Shown piece after piece: positions 24,497 through 42,489 of a DNA stretch of 64,000 nucleotides; positions within the stretch are counted from its first letter, which is position 1; the number at the start of each line of letters is the position of its first letter. This DNA comes from Eledone cirrhosa (lineage: Eukaryota): the NCBI GenBank assembly GCA_964016885.1, contig OZ024766.1:21080001-21144000 (forward strand), in the 5' to 3' direction. The notes beneath the pieces are model-generated. The model had not been told where the DNA came from. It worked only from the letters and a program-made list of their open reading frames with translations, and searched no databases. A program made the position numbers and the translations under genes.

Positions 24497-25625
24497 TAAT
24501 GTCAACTTATGGACTGGACTTGATCTTTGCTCTTTAAACTCTGCTGTTGGTGATCTAAAGGTATTATATATTCCTGGAAGGTTGGCTGGTCAGAGAAGCA
24601 GAGGCTGGCAGCCAAAACAATGGCTTGATAATGTCAACTTATGGACTGGACTTGATCGTTGCTCTTTAAACTCTGCTGTTGGTGATCTAAAGGTATTATA
24701 TATTCCCGGAAGGAAGGTTGGCTGGTAAGAGAAACAGAGGCTGGCAGCCAAAACGATGGCTTAATAATGTCAACTTATGGACTGGACTTGATATTTGCTC
24801 TTTAAACTCTGCTGTTGGTGATCTAAAGGTATTATATATTCCTGGAAGGAAGGTTGGCTGGTAAGAGAAGCAGGGGCTGGCAGCCAAAACAATGGCTTGA
24901 TAATGTCAACTTATGGACTGGACTTGATCTTTGTTCTTTAAACTCTGCTGTTGGTGATCTAAAGGTATTATATATTACTGGAAGGAAGGTTGGCTGGTCA
25001 GAGAAGCAGAGGCTGGCAGCCAAAACAATGGCTTGATAATGTCAACTTATGGACTGGACTTGATCGTTGCTCTTTAAACTCTGCTGTTGGTGATCTAAAG
25101 GTATTATATATTCCTGGAAGGAAGGTTGGCTGGTAAGAGAAGCAGAGGCTGGCAGCCAAAATGATGGCTTGACAATGTCAACTTATGGACTGGACTTGAT
25201 CTTTGTTCTTTAAACTCTGCTGTTGGTGATCTAAAGGTATTATATATTCCTGGAAGGAAGGTTGGCTGGTCAGAGAAGCAGGGGCCAGCAGCCAAAACAA
25301 TGGCTTGATAATGTCAACTTATGGACTGGACTTGATCGTTGCTCTTTAAACTCTGCTGTTGGTGATCTAAAAGTATTATATATTCCTGGAAGGTAGGTTG
25401 GCTGGTAAGAGAAGCAGAGGCTGGCAGCCAAAACAATGGCTTGATAATGTCAACTTATGGACTGGACTTGATCGTTGCTCTTTAAACTCTGCTGTTTGTG
25501 ATCTAAAGGTATTATATATTCCTGGAAGGTTGGCTGGTAAGAGAAGCAGAGGCTGGCAGCCAAAATGATGGCTTGATAATGTCAACTTATGGACTGGACT
25601 TGATCTTTGTTCTTTAAACTCTGCT
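24497..25625 (+). repeat. 136-bp minisatellite (about 8 units) derived from a LINE ORF C-terminus
   Basis: GATAATGTCAACTTATGGACTGG recurs every 136 nt; it translates in part as RSRGWQPKQWLDNVNLWTGL, resembling the RTE-type GRP..W.D.I..WTG motif. Confidence 0.85.
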
Positions 25626-25729
25626 TGCAGATGAAACTTTGTGAAGAAAAATATCACATGTCGATGCGCAGTCTGCAACCGGCGGGGTTTAGCGTCAAAG
25701 TAAGTAAACATAACTGGAATTCTATATAA

Positions 25730-26355
25730 TAATGAATAATAATAATGAAATTATTGTGTAAAGTGCTCAGGTGCACTACAACTCGTCAATATAGTACATA
25801 GAATAATACACAAATGCCAGGGAAGTACATGTTTGTATGTGTTAGCTGTAGTGTTGGCGGATCTCGGGAAGCATGGAGGCCTTAAAGGATGCAGTGTCTC
25901 GACAGCTAACAACTGATGCAGGGAGTTTGTTCCATGGAGGCCTTAAAGGATGCAGTGTCCCGACAGCTAACAACTGATGCAGGTAGTTTGTTCCATGCTT
26001 CAGCAATTCTGAGCGTGAAAAAATGTTTCCGAAAGTCATGGGAACTGTGCTGTTTTCTTACTTTGTGGGCATGTCCACGTGTGTTAGACACATGGAAATC
26101 GAAAAGGCACTCAGGGTTGTTGTTGGCAACATGGTTAACAATTTTGTGGGTGTTTACCAAGTCAGTTGCCAGGCGTCGGAGCTTCAATGAATCCATGCCC
26201 AGGGAAGCAAGGCGCTCAGAGTATGGTAGATGCCTGATGGAGGGTATTCGCTTGGTTGCACGTCTCTGAACAGTTTCCAGGCGGTCAATGTCCTGAGCAA
26301 GATAGGGGTTCCAGACTGGTGATGCAAATTCTAAGTGTGGTCGCACCATAGCTGT
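25730..26355 (-). mobile_element. CR1/L2-group LINE 3' fragment
   Basis: VRPHLEFASPVWNPYLAQDIDRLETVQRRATKRIP...YSERLASLG...RRL...TRGH...FFTLRIAEAWNKLP; (ATT)n tail; one 61-bp internal duplication. Confidence 0.9.
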
Positions 26356-26689
26356 ATACAGCTACATATGAATCCAGGATCTATAACTATCAGCAGAAGC
26401 GAAGGGGTATGTAGTCTTGACAATTGCTTACAAGTGAGAAACGGTCACCGTCCATTACTCCCCCTTTGCTTTTGCCGCGACTAAGTATGCGATGAAGTCC
26501 CTACTTCAAAATTCATAGTGAATGTTTTTGTATAAACATACAGTATGTTATCAAATATTCTTACATACATTCATATATATGTGTATATATATATATACAC
26601 GTGTGTATATATATGTAGAGTGTACAGTAGATTAGATGTAGTTCAGGCACAGATGCCAATTTTGTTAGCTAAGGGTGTAAATGAGTGTG

Positions 26690-30189
<3,500 letters not shown>

Positions 30190-30229
30190 ATATATATATA
30201 TACAAATTGACCGATTAAATAATAAAGAT

Positions 30230-31445
30230 AATAATAATAATAATAATAATAATGAAATATTGTGTACAGTGCTCAGGTGCACTACAACTCATCAAAGGTG
30301 TATGTGTAGTACATAGGGTAATGTACAAACGTCAGGAAAATGAACAGTGCATGAGTCATGAAATACACGTGTGCATGTGTATGGAAGGGGTACATCAGGT
30401 GTAGTTTTGGCGTATTTCGGGAAGCATGAGTGTTTTAAAGGATGCAGTGTCTCGACAGCTAACAACTGATGCAGGAAGTTTGTTCCATGGAGGCCTTAAA
30501 GGATGCAGTGTCCCGACAGCTAACAACTGATGCAGGGAGTTTGTTCCATGGAGGTTTTAAAGGATGCAGTGTCTCGACAGCTAACAACTGATGCAGGGAG
30601 TTTGTTCCATGGAGGTTTTAAAGGATGCTGTGTCTCGACAGCTAACAACTGATGCAGGGAGTTTGTTCCATGGAGGTTTTAAAGGATGCAGTGTCTCGAC
30701 AGCTAACAACTGATGCAGGGAGTTTGTTCCATGGAGGTTTTAAAGGATGCAGTGTCTCGGCAGCTAACAACTGATGCAGGAAGTTTGTTCCATGGAGGTT
30801 TTAAAGGATGCTGTGTCTCGACAGCTAACAACTGATGCAGGGAGTTTGTTCCATGGAGGTTTTAAAGGATGCAGTGTCTCGACAGCTAACAACTGATGCA
30901 GGAAGTTTGTTCCATGGAGGTTTTAAAGGATGCTGTGTCTCGACAGCTAACAACTGATGCAGGGAGTTTGTTCCATGGAGGTTTTAAAGGATGCAGTGTC
31001 TCGACAGCTAACAACTGATGCAGGAAGTTTGTTCCATGGAGGTTTTAAAGGATGCTGTGTCTCGACAGCTAACAACTGATGCAGGCAGTTTGTTCCATGG
31101 AGGTTTTAAAGGATGTAGTGTCTCGGCAGCTAACAACTGATGCAGGCAGTTTGTTCCATGGAGGTTTTAAAGGATGCAGTGTCTCGACAGCTAACAATTG
31201 ACGCAGGCAGTTTGTTCCATGGAGGTTTTAAAGGATGCAGTGTCTCGACAGCTAACAACTGACGCAGGCAGTTTGTTCCATGCTTCAGCAACTCTGAGCG
31301 TGAAAAAATGTCTACAAAAGTAATGGGAGCTGTGCTGTTTTCTGATTTTGTAGGCATGTCCACGTGTGTTAGACACATGGAGATCAAAAAGGTGCTCAGG
31401 GTTGTTGTTGGTGAGATGGTTAATAACTTTGTGGGTGTTTACCGA
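30230..31445 (-). mobile_element. CR1/L2-group LINE 3' fragment with a 61-bp unit expanded about 14x (30430-31280)
   Basis: Same family as 25730-26355; unit AAAGGATGCAGTGTCTCGACAGCTAACAACTGATGCAGGGAGTTTGTTCCATGGAGGTTTT. Confidence 0.9.
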
Positions 31446-31464
31446 GTCCATGCTTTCCAGCATA

Positions 31465-31602
31465 GTTACGTCCCTTTACGATCTGAGTTCAAATCCCGCC
31501 GAGGTTGACTTTGCCTTTCATCCTTACGGGGTCGATAGAATAAAGTACCAGTAATGCACTGGGGTAATTGCTGGCCTTGTGCCTAACGTAGAAACAATTA
31601 TC
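31465..31602 (+). mobile_element. SINE fragment (parent of the 70-bp AAAGTACCAG minisatellite)
   Basis: B-box-like GAGTTCAAATCC, then GACTTTGCCTTTCATCCTTACGGGGTCGATAGAATAAAGTACCAG, then a single unit; another copy at about 12530-12632 (-). Confidence 0.8.
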
Positions 31603-31639
31603 TAATGTACAGTATAGTAGTTAGTATTAATGGCTATGT

Positions 31640-32518
31640 TTATATTTATCTGAAAACCTTCCATCATAATTTTATGTAAGAACGTTTGTTAAGCTATGTC
31701 CCATTAGAAATATGGTAATGAAAGGGTTAAAGTGTTTATATTTATGTAAGAACCTTTGTTAAGCTATGTCCCATTAGAAATATGTTAATGAAAGGGTTAA
31801 AGTGTTTATATTTGTGTAAGAACCTTTGTTAAGCTATGTCCCATTAGAAATATGGTAATGAAAGGGTTAAAGTGTTTATATTTATGTAAGAACCTTTGTT
31901 AAGCTATGTCCCATTAGAAATATGGTAATGAAAGGGTTAAAGTGTTTATATTTATGTAAGAACCTTTGTTAAGCTATGTCCCATTAGAAATATGGTAATG
32001 AAAGGGTTAAAGTGTTATATTTATCTAAGAACCTGTGTTAAGTTATGTTCCATTAGAAATATGGTAATGAAAGGGTTAAAGTGTTTATATTTATGTAAGA
32101 ACCTTTGTTAAGCTATGTCCCATTAGAAATATGGAAATGAAAGGGTTAAAGTGTTTATATTTATGTAAGAACCTTTGTTAAGCTATGTCCCATTAGAAAT
32201 ATGGTAATGAAAGGGTTAAAGTGTTTATATTTATGTTGGAACCTTTGTTAAGCTATGTCCCATTAGAAATATGGTAATGAAAGGGTTAAAGTGTTTATAT
32301 TTATGTAAGAACCTTTGTTAAGTTATGTTCCATTAGAAATATGTGAATGAAAGGGTTAAAGTGTTTATATTTATGTAAAAACCTTCCACCATAATTTTAT
32401 GTAAGAACCTTTGTTAAGCTATGTTCCATTAGAAATATGGTAATGAAAGGGTTAAAGTGTTTATATTTATGTAAGAACCTTCATTAAGCTATGTCCCATT
32501 AGAGATATGGCAATGAAA
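31640..32518 (+). repeat. 70-bp AT-rich minisatellite (about 12 units) containing AAAGGGTTAA
   Basis: Unit TTATGTAAGAACCTTTGTTAAGCTATGTCCCATTAGAAATATGGTAATGAAAGGGTTAAAGTGTTTATAT; second array at 46595-46960. Confidence 0.93.
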
Positions 32519-32920
32519 GCGGCAAACACTGTAGCCAGACGAGTTTATGGTCAGATGGGACCAGACAAGACCAGATCCAAGCGGATCTAACCGGAACTAT
32601 CCAGATGGCAGCAAAACAAAACAAAACAAAACAGAACAGAACGGAAAGCAGACTCTCTCTCAGCTTTTGTCAGGTCATTCACATAACATTGTCTGCGTTT
32701 TGGTGTCTGGGAGACGGTAATGGAGGGGTGAGGTGCATGTGGAATGGTGTAGGGACACTGTAGTTGGGGCTGTGAGGGGCTAGGGTGTGGAGGGGTGGTT
32801 TGGGTGGGCGGTGGGGTTTAGTGAATTCACACCAGATTAAACAAAATGATAATAAAACTGACAACATACACTCATGTATGTACGCATTCTGTGTGTATTG
32901 TGAATTTTATCAGAGTTATG

Positions 32921-32967
<47 letters not shown>

Positions 32968-33007
32968 ATATATGTGTCTGAATGTGTGTGTGTATATATA
33001 TATATGC

Positions 33008-33049
<42 letters not shown>

Positions 33050-33111
33050 GTGTGTGTGTGTGTGTATATGTATATATATATATATGTGTGTGTGTATGTA
33101 TATATGTATGC

Positions 33112-33153
<42 letters not shown>

Positions 33154-33322
33154 GTGTGTGTGTGTATATATATATGTGTGTGTGTGTGTATGTGTGTATG
33201 TATATATGTGTATATATATATATGTGTGTGTATGTGTGTATGTATATATGTGTATATATATATATGTGTGTGTATGTGTGTATGTATATATGTGCATATA
33301 TATATATGTGTGTGTGTATGTG

Positions 33323-33459
<137 letters not shown>

Positions 33460-33540
33460 GCATATATAAGCAAAAACATAATATATTTGCAAAAAAGAAA
33501 TACATCAGTTTGTATGAATATATATATATATACACATATA

Positions 33541-33615
<75 letters not shown>

Positions 33616-33638
33616 GTATATACATATATATATATATG

Positions 33639-33669
<31 letters not shown>

Positions 33670-33677
33670 GTATACAT

Positions 33678-33756
<79 letters not shown>

Positions 33757-33762
33757 TATATG

Positions 33763-33827
<65 letters not shown>

Positions 33828-33879
33828 GTATATATACATATATATATATATGTATACATATACATATATATATATATAT

Positions 33880-33912
<33 letters not shown>

Positions 33913-34136
33913 TATATATATGTATATATATATATATATATATATGTTGGTGGTGAAGAAGAAAAAAAAGGAAAACGACGAAGAAGAAGAAGAATGGAGT
34001 GGGGGGGGGGGGGGGGAATATAGTTTGGCTGCAGGCCGACATATTTCAGACTGAGTCCTTATGGTGGAAATTCTTCACATGCACATGTATATATGTATAT
34101 ATATATATACATATATATATACATATATATATATAC

Positions 34137-34172
<36 letters not shown>

Positions 34173-34194
34173 GCAGTAGACGTACAGGGAAATT

Positions 34195-35107
34195 AAACAG
34201 TAGAAGTCGCATTGCTAGACACATTTTTCAAATGCAGGCGGGTGCTATAGAAGTGGTGGATAGCTTCCGGTACCTAGGAGATCAGATTAGCATGAGAGAG
34301 GGGGGTGTTCCGAGGCCATAGTATCTAGAATAAGGACGGGTTGGAAGAAGTTTAGGGAAGCTGCTTCTTCTGCTGACGAAGAAGGGTTTCTCCCTGCGTA
34401 CGAAAGGCCTGTTATATGATGCCTGTGTGAGGAGTGCGATGCTGCATGGTAGTGAGACATGGGCAGCAACTGCAGAGGATATGTGACAGCTGGAGAGAAA
34501 TGAGGCAAGCATGCTCTGTTGGATGTGTGTGAACGACCCAGCATGGATGTGTTGAGAGAGAAACTGTGTCTGAGAGGGATAAGTTGTGGTGTGTGGGAGA
34601 GAAGACTGAGATGGTATGGACATGTGATGTGTTGAGAGAGAAACTGTGTATAAGAGGGATAGGTTGTGGTGTGTGGGGGAGAAGACTGAGGTGGTATGGA
34701 CATGTGATGTGTTGAGAGAGAAACTGTGTCTGAGAGAGATAAGTTGTGGTGAGTGGGAGAGAAGACTGAGATGGTATGGACATGTGATGTGTTGAGAGAG
34801 AAACTGGGTATAAGAGGGATAAGTTGTGGTGTGTGGGAGAGCAGGCTGAGGTGGTATGGACATGTGATGCGCATGGAGGATGACCGATGGGTGAAGAAGT
34901 GCCAGGAAATGCCATTTGAAGGAAGACGTGGTAGAGGTAGACCACGAAAAACATGAGCGGAGGTGGTGAGAGCAGACCTCAGATCATTGAAGCTCACGGA
35001 GGAGATGACGAAGGACCGTGACAAGTGGAGAGATGCTGTGCTGAATAAGACCCATCCCACCCTTGCAAGCAGGGAAGAGCGGACATAAAATGATGATGAT
35101 GATGATG
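34195..35107 (+). mobile_element. RTE-clade LINE 3' fragment with an 80-bp x4 internal tandem
   Basis: IEVVDSFRYLG...KGLLYDACVRSAMLHGSETW...RLRWYGHVMRM...GRGRPRKT; tail CCCACCCTTGCAAGCAGGGAAGAGCGGACATAAAA(TGA)n. Confidence 0.92.
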
Positions 35108-35116
35108 ATATATATA

Positions 35117-35147
<31 letters not shown>

Positions 35148-35339
35148 CCAGCAAATTTTCAACTGTCAAGTTTGTTTTCCTTGGTTATGTCAATATTTAT
35201 AAAACAAATTTTGTATTTTATCTGATGTAAGCGCACCAAGATTTGTTTGGTTGCCCTTGAAATATATATAATAAAATAATTATGGTTTTATAAATATAGT
35301 TTCGATTTATTAATATATTGTATATATATATATGTATAG

Positions 35340-35508
35340 CACTAGAAGTCGATAGAAACTGCGGAGTGGGGAGACCCAAGATGACCTGGAATGAGGTGAT
35401 AAAAGCCGACCTTACCCAATTACACCTCTCAAAGGCGATGACACACGACCGTGACCTCTGGCGTCATGCAGTAATACAGAGTACCCGACCTCCCATGGGT
35501 ACAAGCTG
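35340..35508 (+). mobile_element. Short RTE-like LINE C-terminal fragment
   Basis: GVGRPKMTWNEVIKADL...DRDLWRHAV. Confidence 0.75.
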
Positions 35509-35539
35509 AAGCATATAGACAATATGCCCCCACACCCTC

Positions 35540-36797
35540 CCACTGCAAGGTGGTCGTGGAGGCGCCACGGCAAAAAAGCACCCAGCACTCACTGTAAAGT
35601 GGTCGTGGAGGTGCCACAGCAAAAAAGCACCCAGCACTCACTGTAAAGTGGTCGTGGAGGGGCCACGGCAAAAAAGCACCCAGCCCTCACTGCAAAGTGG
35701 TCGTGGAGGTGCCACGGCAAAAAAGCACCCAACACTCACTGTAAAGTGGTCGTGGAGGTGCCATGGCAAAAATGCACCCAGCACTCACTGTAAAGTGGTC
35801 GTGGACGTGCCACGGAAAAAAAGCACCCAGCACTCACTGTAAAGTGGTCGTGGAGGTGCCACGGCAAAAAAGCACCCAGCCCTCACTGTAAAGTGGTCGT
35901 GGAGGTGCCACGGCAAAAAAGCCCCCAGCACTCACTGTAAAGTAGTCGTGGAGGTGCCACAGCAAAAAAGCACCCAGCACTCACTGTAAAGTGGTCGTGG
36001 AGGTGCCACGGCAAGAAAAGCACCCAGCACTCACTGTAAAGTGGTCGTGGAGGTGCCACGGCAAAAAAGCACCCAGCCCTCACTGTAAAGTGGTCGTGGA
36101 GGTTCCACGGCAAAAAAGCACCCAGCACTCACTGTAAAGTGGTCGTGGAGGTGCCACGGCAAAAAAGCACCCAGCCCTCACTGTAAAGTGGTCGTGGAGG
36201 TGCCACAGCAAAAAAAGCACCCAGCACTCACTGTAAAGTGGTCGTGGAGGTGCCACGGCAAAAAAGCACCCAGCCCTCACTGTAAAGTGGTCGTGGAGGT
36301 GCCACGGCAAAAAAGCACCCAGCACTCACTGTAAAGTGGTCATGTAGGTGCCACGGCAAAAAAGCACCCAGCACTCACTGTAAAGTGGTCGTGGAGGTGC
36401 CACAGCAAAAAAGCACCCAGCACTCACTGTAAAGTGGTCGTGGAGGTGCCACAGCAAAAAAGCACCCAGCACTCACTGTAAAGTGGTCGTGGAGGTGCCA
36501 CGGCAAAAAAGCAGCCAGCACTCACTGTAAAGTGGTCGTGGAGGTGCCACGGCAAAAAAGCACCCAGCACTCACTGTAAAGTAGTCGTGGAGGTGCCACG
36601 GCAAAGAAAGCACCCAGCACTCACTGTAAATGAGGTTGGTGTTAGGAAGGGCATCCAGCTGTAGAAATCAAGCCAGATCAGTTCCTGTATGAGCAAGGCA
36701 TGGTCAGCCGACCAGACACTGCCCACAACAGGACAACCCGTCTAACCCATGCTAGCGTGGAAGAACGGACGTAAAACGGTGATGATGATGATGATGA
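35540..36797 (+). mobile_element. Headless SINE-VNTR element, about 22 x 49-bp units, tail A
   Basis: VNTR and tail present, tRNA-like head absent. Confidence 0.9.
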
Positions 36798-36864
36798 TAT
36801 ATTTGGTTGCCATATATATATTCAGCTAGCCGATAGTACACTTCACCTTTATGGAAATAGATTG

Positions 36865-37566
36865 TTGTAGTGGTGGTGGTGTGGTGGTGGTGGTGTGGTG
36901 GTGTGGTGGTGGTGGTGTGGTGGTGTGGTGGTGGTGGTGGTGTGGTGGTGGTGGTGGTGATGTAGTGGTGGTGGTGTGGTGGTGGTGGTGGTGGTGTGGT
37001 GATGTAGTGGTGGTGGTGGTGTGGTGGTGGTGGTGGTGGTGTGGTGGTGGTGGTGGTGGTGGTGTGTCGTGGTGGTGTAGTGGTGGTGGTGGTGTAGTGG
37101 TGGTGGTGGTGTGTCGTGGTGGTGGTGTAGTGGTGTGGTGGTGGTGTAGTGGTGGTGGTGGTGGTGGTGTAGTGGTGGTGGTGGTGGTGTGGTGGTGGTG
37201 TGGTGGTGGTGGTGGTGGTGGTGTTGTGCTGGTGGTGGTGGTGGTGTAGTGGTGGTGGTGTGGTGGTGGTGTGGTGGTGGTGGTGGTGTAGTGGTGGTGG
37301 TGGTGGTGTGGTGGTGGTGGTGTAGTGGTGGTGGTGTAGTGGTGTGGTGGTGGTGGTGGTGTAGTGGTGGTGGTGGTGGTGGTGTTGGTGGTGTAGTGGT
37401 GGTGGTGGTGGTGTGGTGGTGGTGGTGGTGGTGTAGTGGTGGAGTTTCTTGGTCAGTGTCCAAGTCTCAGACCCGTACAGCAGCACAGACTCCACTACAG
37501 CAATGAAGAGATGTACGTGTGTGTACATATATACACACATATATATACATACATATATATACACAC

Positions 37567-37625
<59 letters not shown>

Positions 37626-37808
37626 GATACATATATATAGATACATACATATATATACACACATATAGATACATACTTATACATACATACTTATATATAC
37701 ATATATATAGATATATACATATATATACATACATATATATACATAGATATATATATATACATATATATACATACTTATATATACACACATATAGATACAT
37801 ACTTATAC

Positions 37809-37841
<33 letters not shown>

Positions 37842-37865
37842 CATATATATAGATACATACATATA

Positions 37866-37899
<34 letters not shown>

Positions 37900-38072
37900 C
37901 ATACATATAGATACATACATATATATACACATATATATATACATACATATATATACATACTTATATATACATATATATACATATATATATATACATACAT
38001 ATATATACATACTTATATATACATATAGATACATACATATATATACACATATATACACATATATATACATAC

Positions 38073-38117
<45 letters not shown>

Positions 38118-38362
38118 GATGCATTCATTCATATACACACATACATACATACATAAACGTTATACACTTGGTGTATTATACACATATATATTATACACCA
38201 CACATTCTACACACATGTATATATACACATGGAACCTAATTAGTGTTAACGAACTCAAAATAATGGAGAAATTGATTAGAGGGAAATCTGTGTCTATATG
38301 TGTATATATATATATATGTGTGGGTGTGTATATATATATATATATATATATGTGTGGGTGTG

Positions 38363-38426
<64 letters not shown>

Positions 38427-38493
38427 GGTGTGTGTTTGACATATGTGTGTTTTTATATATATATATATATATATATGAGTGTATGTGTATATG

Positions 38494-38540
<47 letters not shown>

Positions 38541-38622
38541 ATATATGTGTGTGTGTATAAATGTGTGAGTATATATATATACACACATATATATGTGTGT
38601 GTATATATGTTTGTGTGTGTGT

Positions 38623-38656
<34 letters not shown>

Positions 38657-38691
38657 GTGTGGGTGTGTGTTTGACATATGTGTATATGTAC

Positions 38692-38725
<34 letters not shown>

Positions 38726-38869
38726 GAGTGTATGTGTATATGTATGTATACATATATATATATATATATATATGTGTGTATATATGTGTGTGTGTATAAA
38801 TGTGTGAGTATATACATATATACACACACATATATATATGTGTGTGTGTATATATGTTTGTGTGTGTGT

Positions 38870-38912
<43 letters not shown>

Positions 38913-38945
38913 GGTGTGTGTTTGACATATGTGTATATGTACATA

Positions 38946-38993
<48 letters not shown>

Positions 38994-39130
38994 TGTATGT
39001 GTATATGTATGTATACATATATATATATATATATGTGTGTGTATATATGTGTGTGTGTATAAATGTGTGAGTATATATATATACACACATATATATATAT
39101 ATGTGTGTGTATATATGTTTGTGTGTGTGT

Positions 39131-39173
<43 letters not shown>

Positions 39174-39211
39174 GGTGTGTGTTTGACATATGTGTATATG
39201 TACATATGTGA

Positions 39212-39254
<43 letters not shown>

Positions 39255-39395
39255 TGTATGTGTATATGTATGTATACATATATATATATATATATATATG
39301 TGTGTGTATATATGTGTGTGTGTATAAATGTGTGAGTATATATATATACACACATATATATATATATGTGTGTGTATATATGTTTGTGTGTGTGT

Positions 39396-39429
<34 letters not shown>

Positions 39430-39464
39430 GTGTGGGTGTGTGTTTGACATATGTGTATATGTAC

Positions 39465-39498
<34 letters not shown>

Positions 39499-39519
39499 GA
39501 GTGTATGTGTATATGTATG

Positions 39520-39556
<37 letters not shown>

Positions 39557-39705
39557 GCGTGTATATATGTGTGTGTATAAATGTGTGAGTATATATATAT
39601 ACACACATATATATATATATGTGTGTGTATATATGTTTGTGTGTGTGTGTATGTGTGTATATGTCTACTTATATGTATGTGCATGTATGTGTGTGTGTAT
39701 ATATG

Positions 39706-39737
<32 letters not shown>

Positions 39738-39767
39738 GATTTATATATATATGTATATATATATATG

Positions 39768-39825
<58 letters not shown>

Positions 39826-39830
39826 CACAC
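36865..39830. repeat. (GGT)n tract, RTE sliver at 37442-37512, and (TA)/(TG) field with about 250-bp higher-order units
   Basis: GTGGGTGTGTGTTTGACATATG recurs five times between about 38424 and 39450. Confidence 0.9.
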
Positions 39831-40399
39831 ACACAAAAACACGCCTAAACATTTTCACTAAGTTTCACCACCACCACTACCACCACTACCACCACACCAG
39901 AGAGAGAGAGAGGACTTTGCATAAATTTAGTAATTAATATGTTACACTAATTATAAAATATACTAACGAGGTTATAAGCTCATTAATTCTAACAAAATAA
40001 CTCTCTAAATATTCCAAAACAAGCCAAATCCTAATCATTAGAATCTGGAAATAATAAATATAAGTTTTTTAGGGCATAATGCTAATAGATTTAATTATTA
40101 GCAATGTTACCCGGTTTTGCCTTGGTGCTAAATATGTTTTTTTGTTTTGTTTTGTTTCTTTCTTGTTTTTCTTCTTCGTCTTCTGCTTGTTCTCTGGTCT
40201 GTTGTCCTCTCCTTCTTCTTCTCTTTCTTTCTTTTTTCTTTTTTTTCTTTTTCTCCTTCACCTTCTTTTTCTTCTTCTTCTTGAGGATAATATATATATA
40301 TATATATATATGTACATATGTAGATAAATCTACCAAAAGTTTACGGTAGTTCCAAATATGTACATATATATATATATATATACATACATCAACATCATA

Positions 40400-42474
40400 A
40401 TCATCATCACCGTTTTACGTCCGTTCTTCCACGCTAGCATGGGTTAGACGGGTTGTCCTGTTGTGGGGAGTGTCCGGTCGGCTGACCTTGTCTTGCTGAT
40501 ACGGGAACTGATTCTGGCTTGATTTCTACAGCTGGATGCCCGTCCTAGCACCAACCTCATTTACAGTAAGTGCTGGGTGCTTTTTTGTTGTGACACCTAC
40601 ATGACCACTTTACAGTGTGGACTGGGTACTTTTTGTTGTGACAACTACATGACCACTTTACAGTGTGGACTGGGTGTTTTTTATTGTGACACCTACATGA
40701 CCACTTTACAGTGTGGACTGGGTACTTTTTGTTGTGACACCTACATGACCACTTTACAGTGTGGACTGGGTGTTTTTTGTTGTGACACCTACATGACCAC
40801 TTTACAGTGTGGACTGGGTGTTTTTTATTGTGACACCTACATGACCACTTTACAGTGTGGACTGGGTACTTTTTGTTGTGACACCTACATGACCACTTTA
40901 CAGTGTGGACTGGGTGTTTTTTGTTGTGACACCTACATGACCACTTTACAGTGTGGACTGGGTACTTTTTGTTGTGACACCTACATGACCACTTTACAGT
41001 GTGGACTGGGTACTTTTTGTTGTGACACCTACATGACCACTTTACAGTGTGGACTGGGTACTTTTTGTTGTGACACCTACATGACCACTTTACAGTGTGG
41101 GCTGAGTACTTTTTGTTGTGACACCTACATGACCACTTTACAGTGTGGACTGGGTACTATTTGTTGTGATACCTACATGACCACTTTACAGTTTGGACTG
41201 GGTACTTTTTGTTGTGACACCTACATGACCACTTTACAGTGTGGACTGGGTACTTTTTGTTGTGACACCTACATGACCACTTTACAGTGTGGACTGGGTA
41301 CTTTTTGTTGTGACACCTACATGACCACTTTACAGTGTGGACTGGGTGCTATTTGTTGTGACAACTACATGACCACTTTACAGTGTGGACTGGGTACTTT
41401 TTGTTGTGACACCTACATGACCACTTTACAGTGTGGACTGGGTGCTATTTGTTGTGACACCTACATGACCACTTTACAGTGTGGACTGGGTGTTTTTTAT
41501 TGTGACACCTACATGACCACTTTACAGTATGGACTGGGTACTTTTTGTTGTGACACCTACATGACCACTTTACAGTGTGAACTGGGTACTTTTTGTTGTG
41601 ACACCTACATGACCACTTTACAGTGTGGACTGGGTACTTTTTGTTGTGACAACTACATGACCACTTTACAGTGTGGACTGGGTACTTTTTGTTGTGACAC
41701 CTACATGACCACTTTACAGTGTGGACTGGGTACTTTTTGTTGTGACACCTACATGACCACTTTACAGTGTGGACTGGGTACTTTTTGTTGTGACACCTAC
41801 ATGACCACTTTACAGTGTGGACTGGGTACTTTTTGTTGTGACACCTACATGACCACTTTACAGTGTGGACTGGGTACTTTTTGTTGTGACACCTACATGA
41901 CCACTTTACAGTGTGGACTGGGTACTTTTTGTTGTGACACCTACATGACCACTTTACAGTGTGGGCTGAGTACTTTTTGTTGTGACACCTACATGACCAC
42001 TTTACAGTGTGGACTGGGTACTATTTGTTGTGATACCTACATGACCACTTTACAGTTTGGACTGGGTATTTTTTGTTGTGACACCTACATGACCACTTTA
42101 CAGTGTGGACTGGGTACTTTTTGTTGTGACACCTTCATGATTACTTTACAGTGTGGACTGGGTACTTTTTGTTGTGACACCTACATGACCACTTTACAGT
42201 GTGGGCTGGGTACATTTTTTTCATGACACCTACATGACCACTTTACAGTGTGGGCTGGGTACTTTTTGTTGTGACACCTACATGACCACTTTACAGTGTG
42301 GAATGGGTACTTTTTGTTGTGACACCTACATGACCACTTTACAGTGTGGACTGGGTACTTTTTGTTGTGACACCTACATGACCACTTTACAGTTTGGACT
42401 GGGTGTTGTTTGTTGTGAGGCCTACATGACCACTTTACAGTGTGGACTGGGTACTTTTTGTCATGACACCTACA
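40400..42474 (-). mobile_element. Headless SINE-VNTR variant: tail A plus a divergent 48-bp unit x about 40
   Basis: Tail A at 40400-40560; unit TTTTGTTGTGACACCTACATGACCACTTTACAGTGTGGACTGGGTACT is homologous to the 49-bp VNTR. Confidence 0.9.
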
Positions 42475-42489
42475 TTATTGAGGTCGGAC

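Noticed and set aside
32660-32725. Possible 43-nt + strand exon (tgtcag|GTCATT...GACG|gtaatg)
   Set aside because: No recognisable peptide or partner exons; compatible with chance
40577-42226. 549-aa Cys-rich repeat ORF (CCDTYMTTLQCGLGTF)n
   Set aside because: Antisense reading of the 48-bp SINE VNTR; non-ATG start and no gene context
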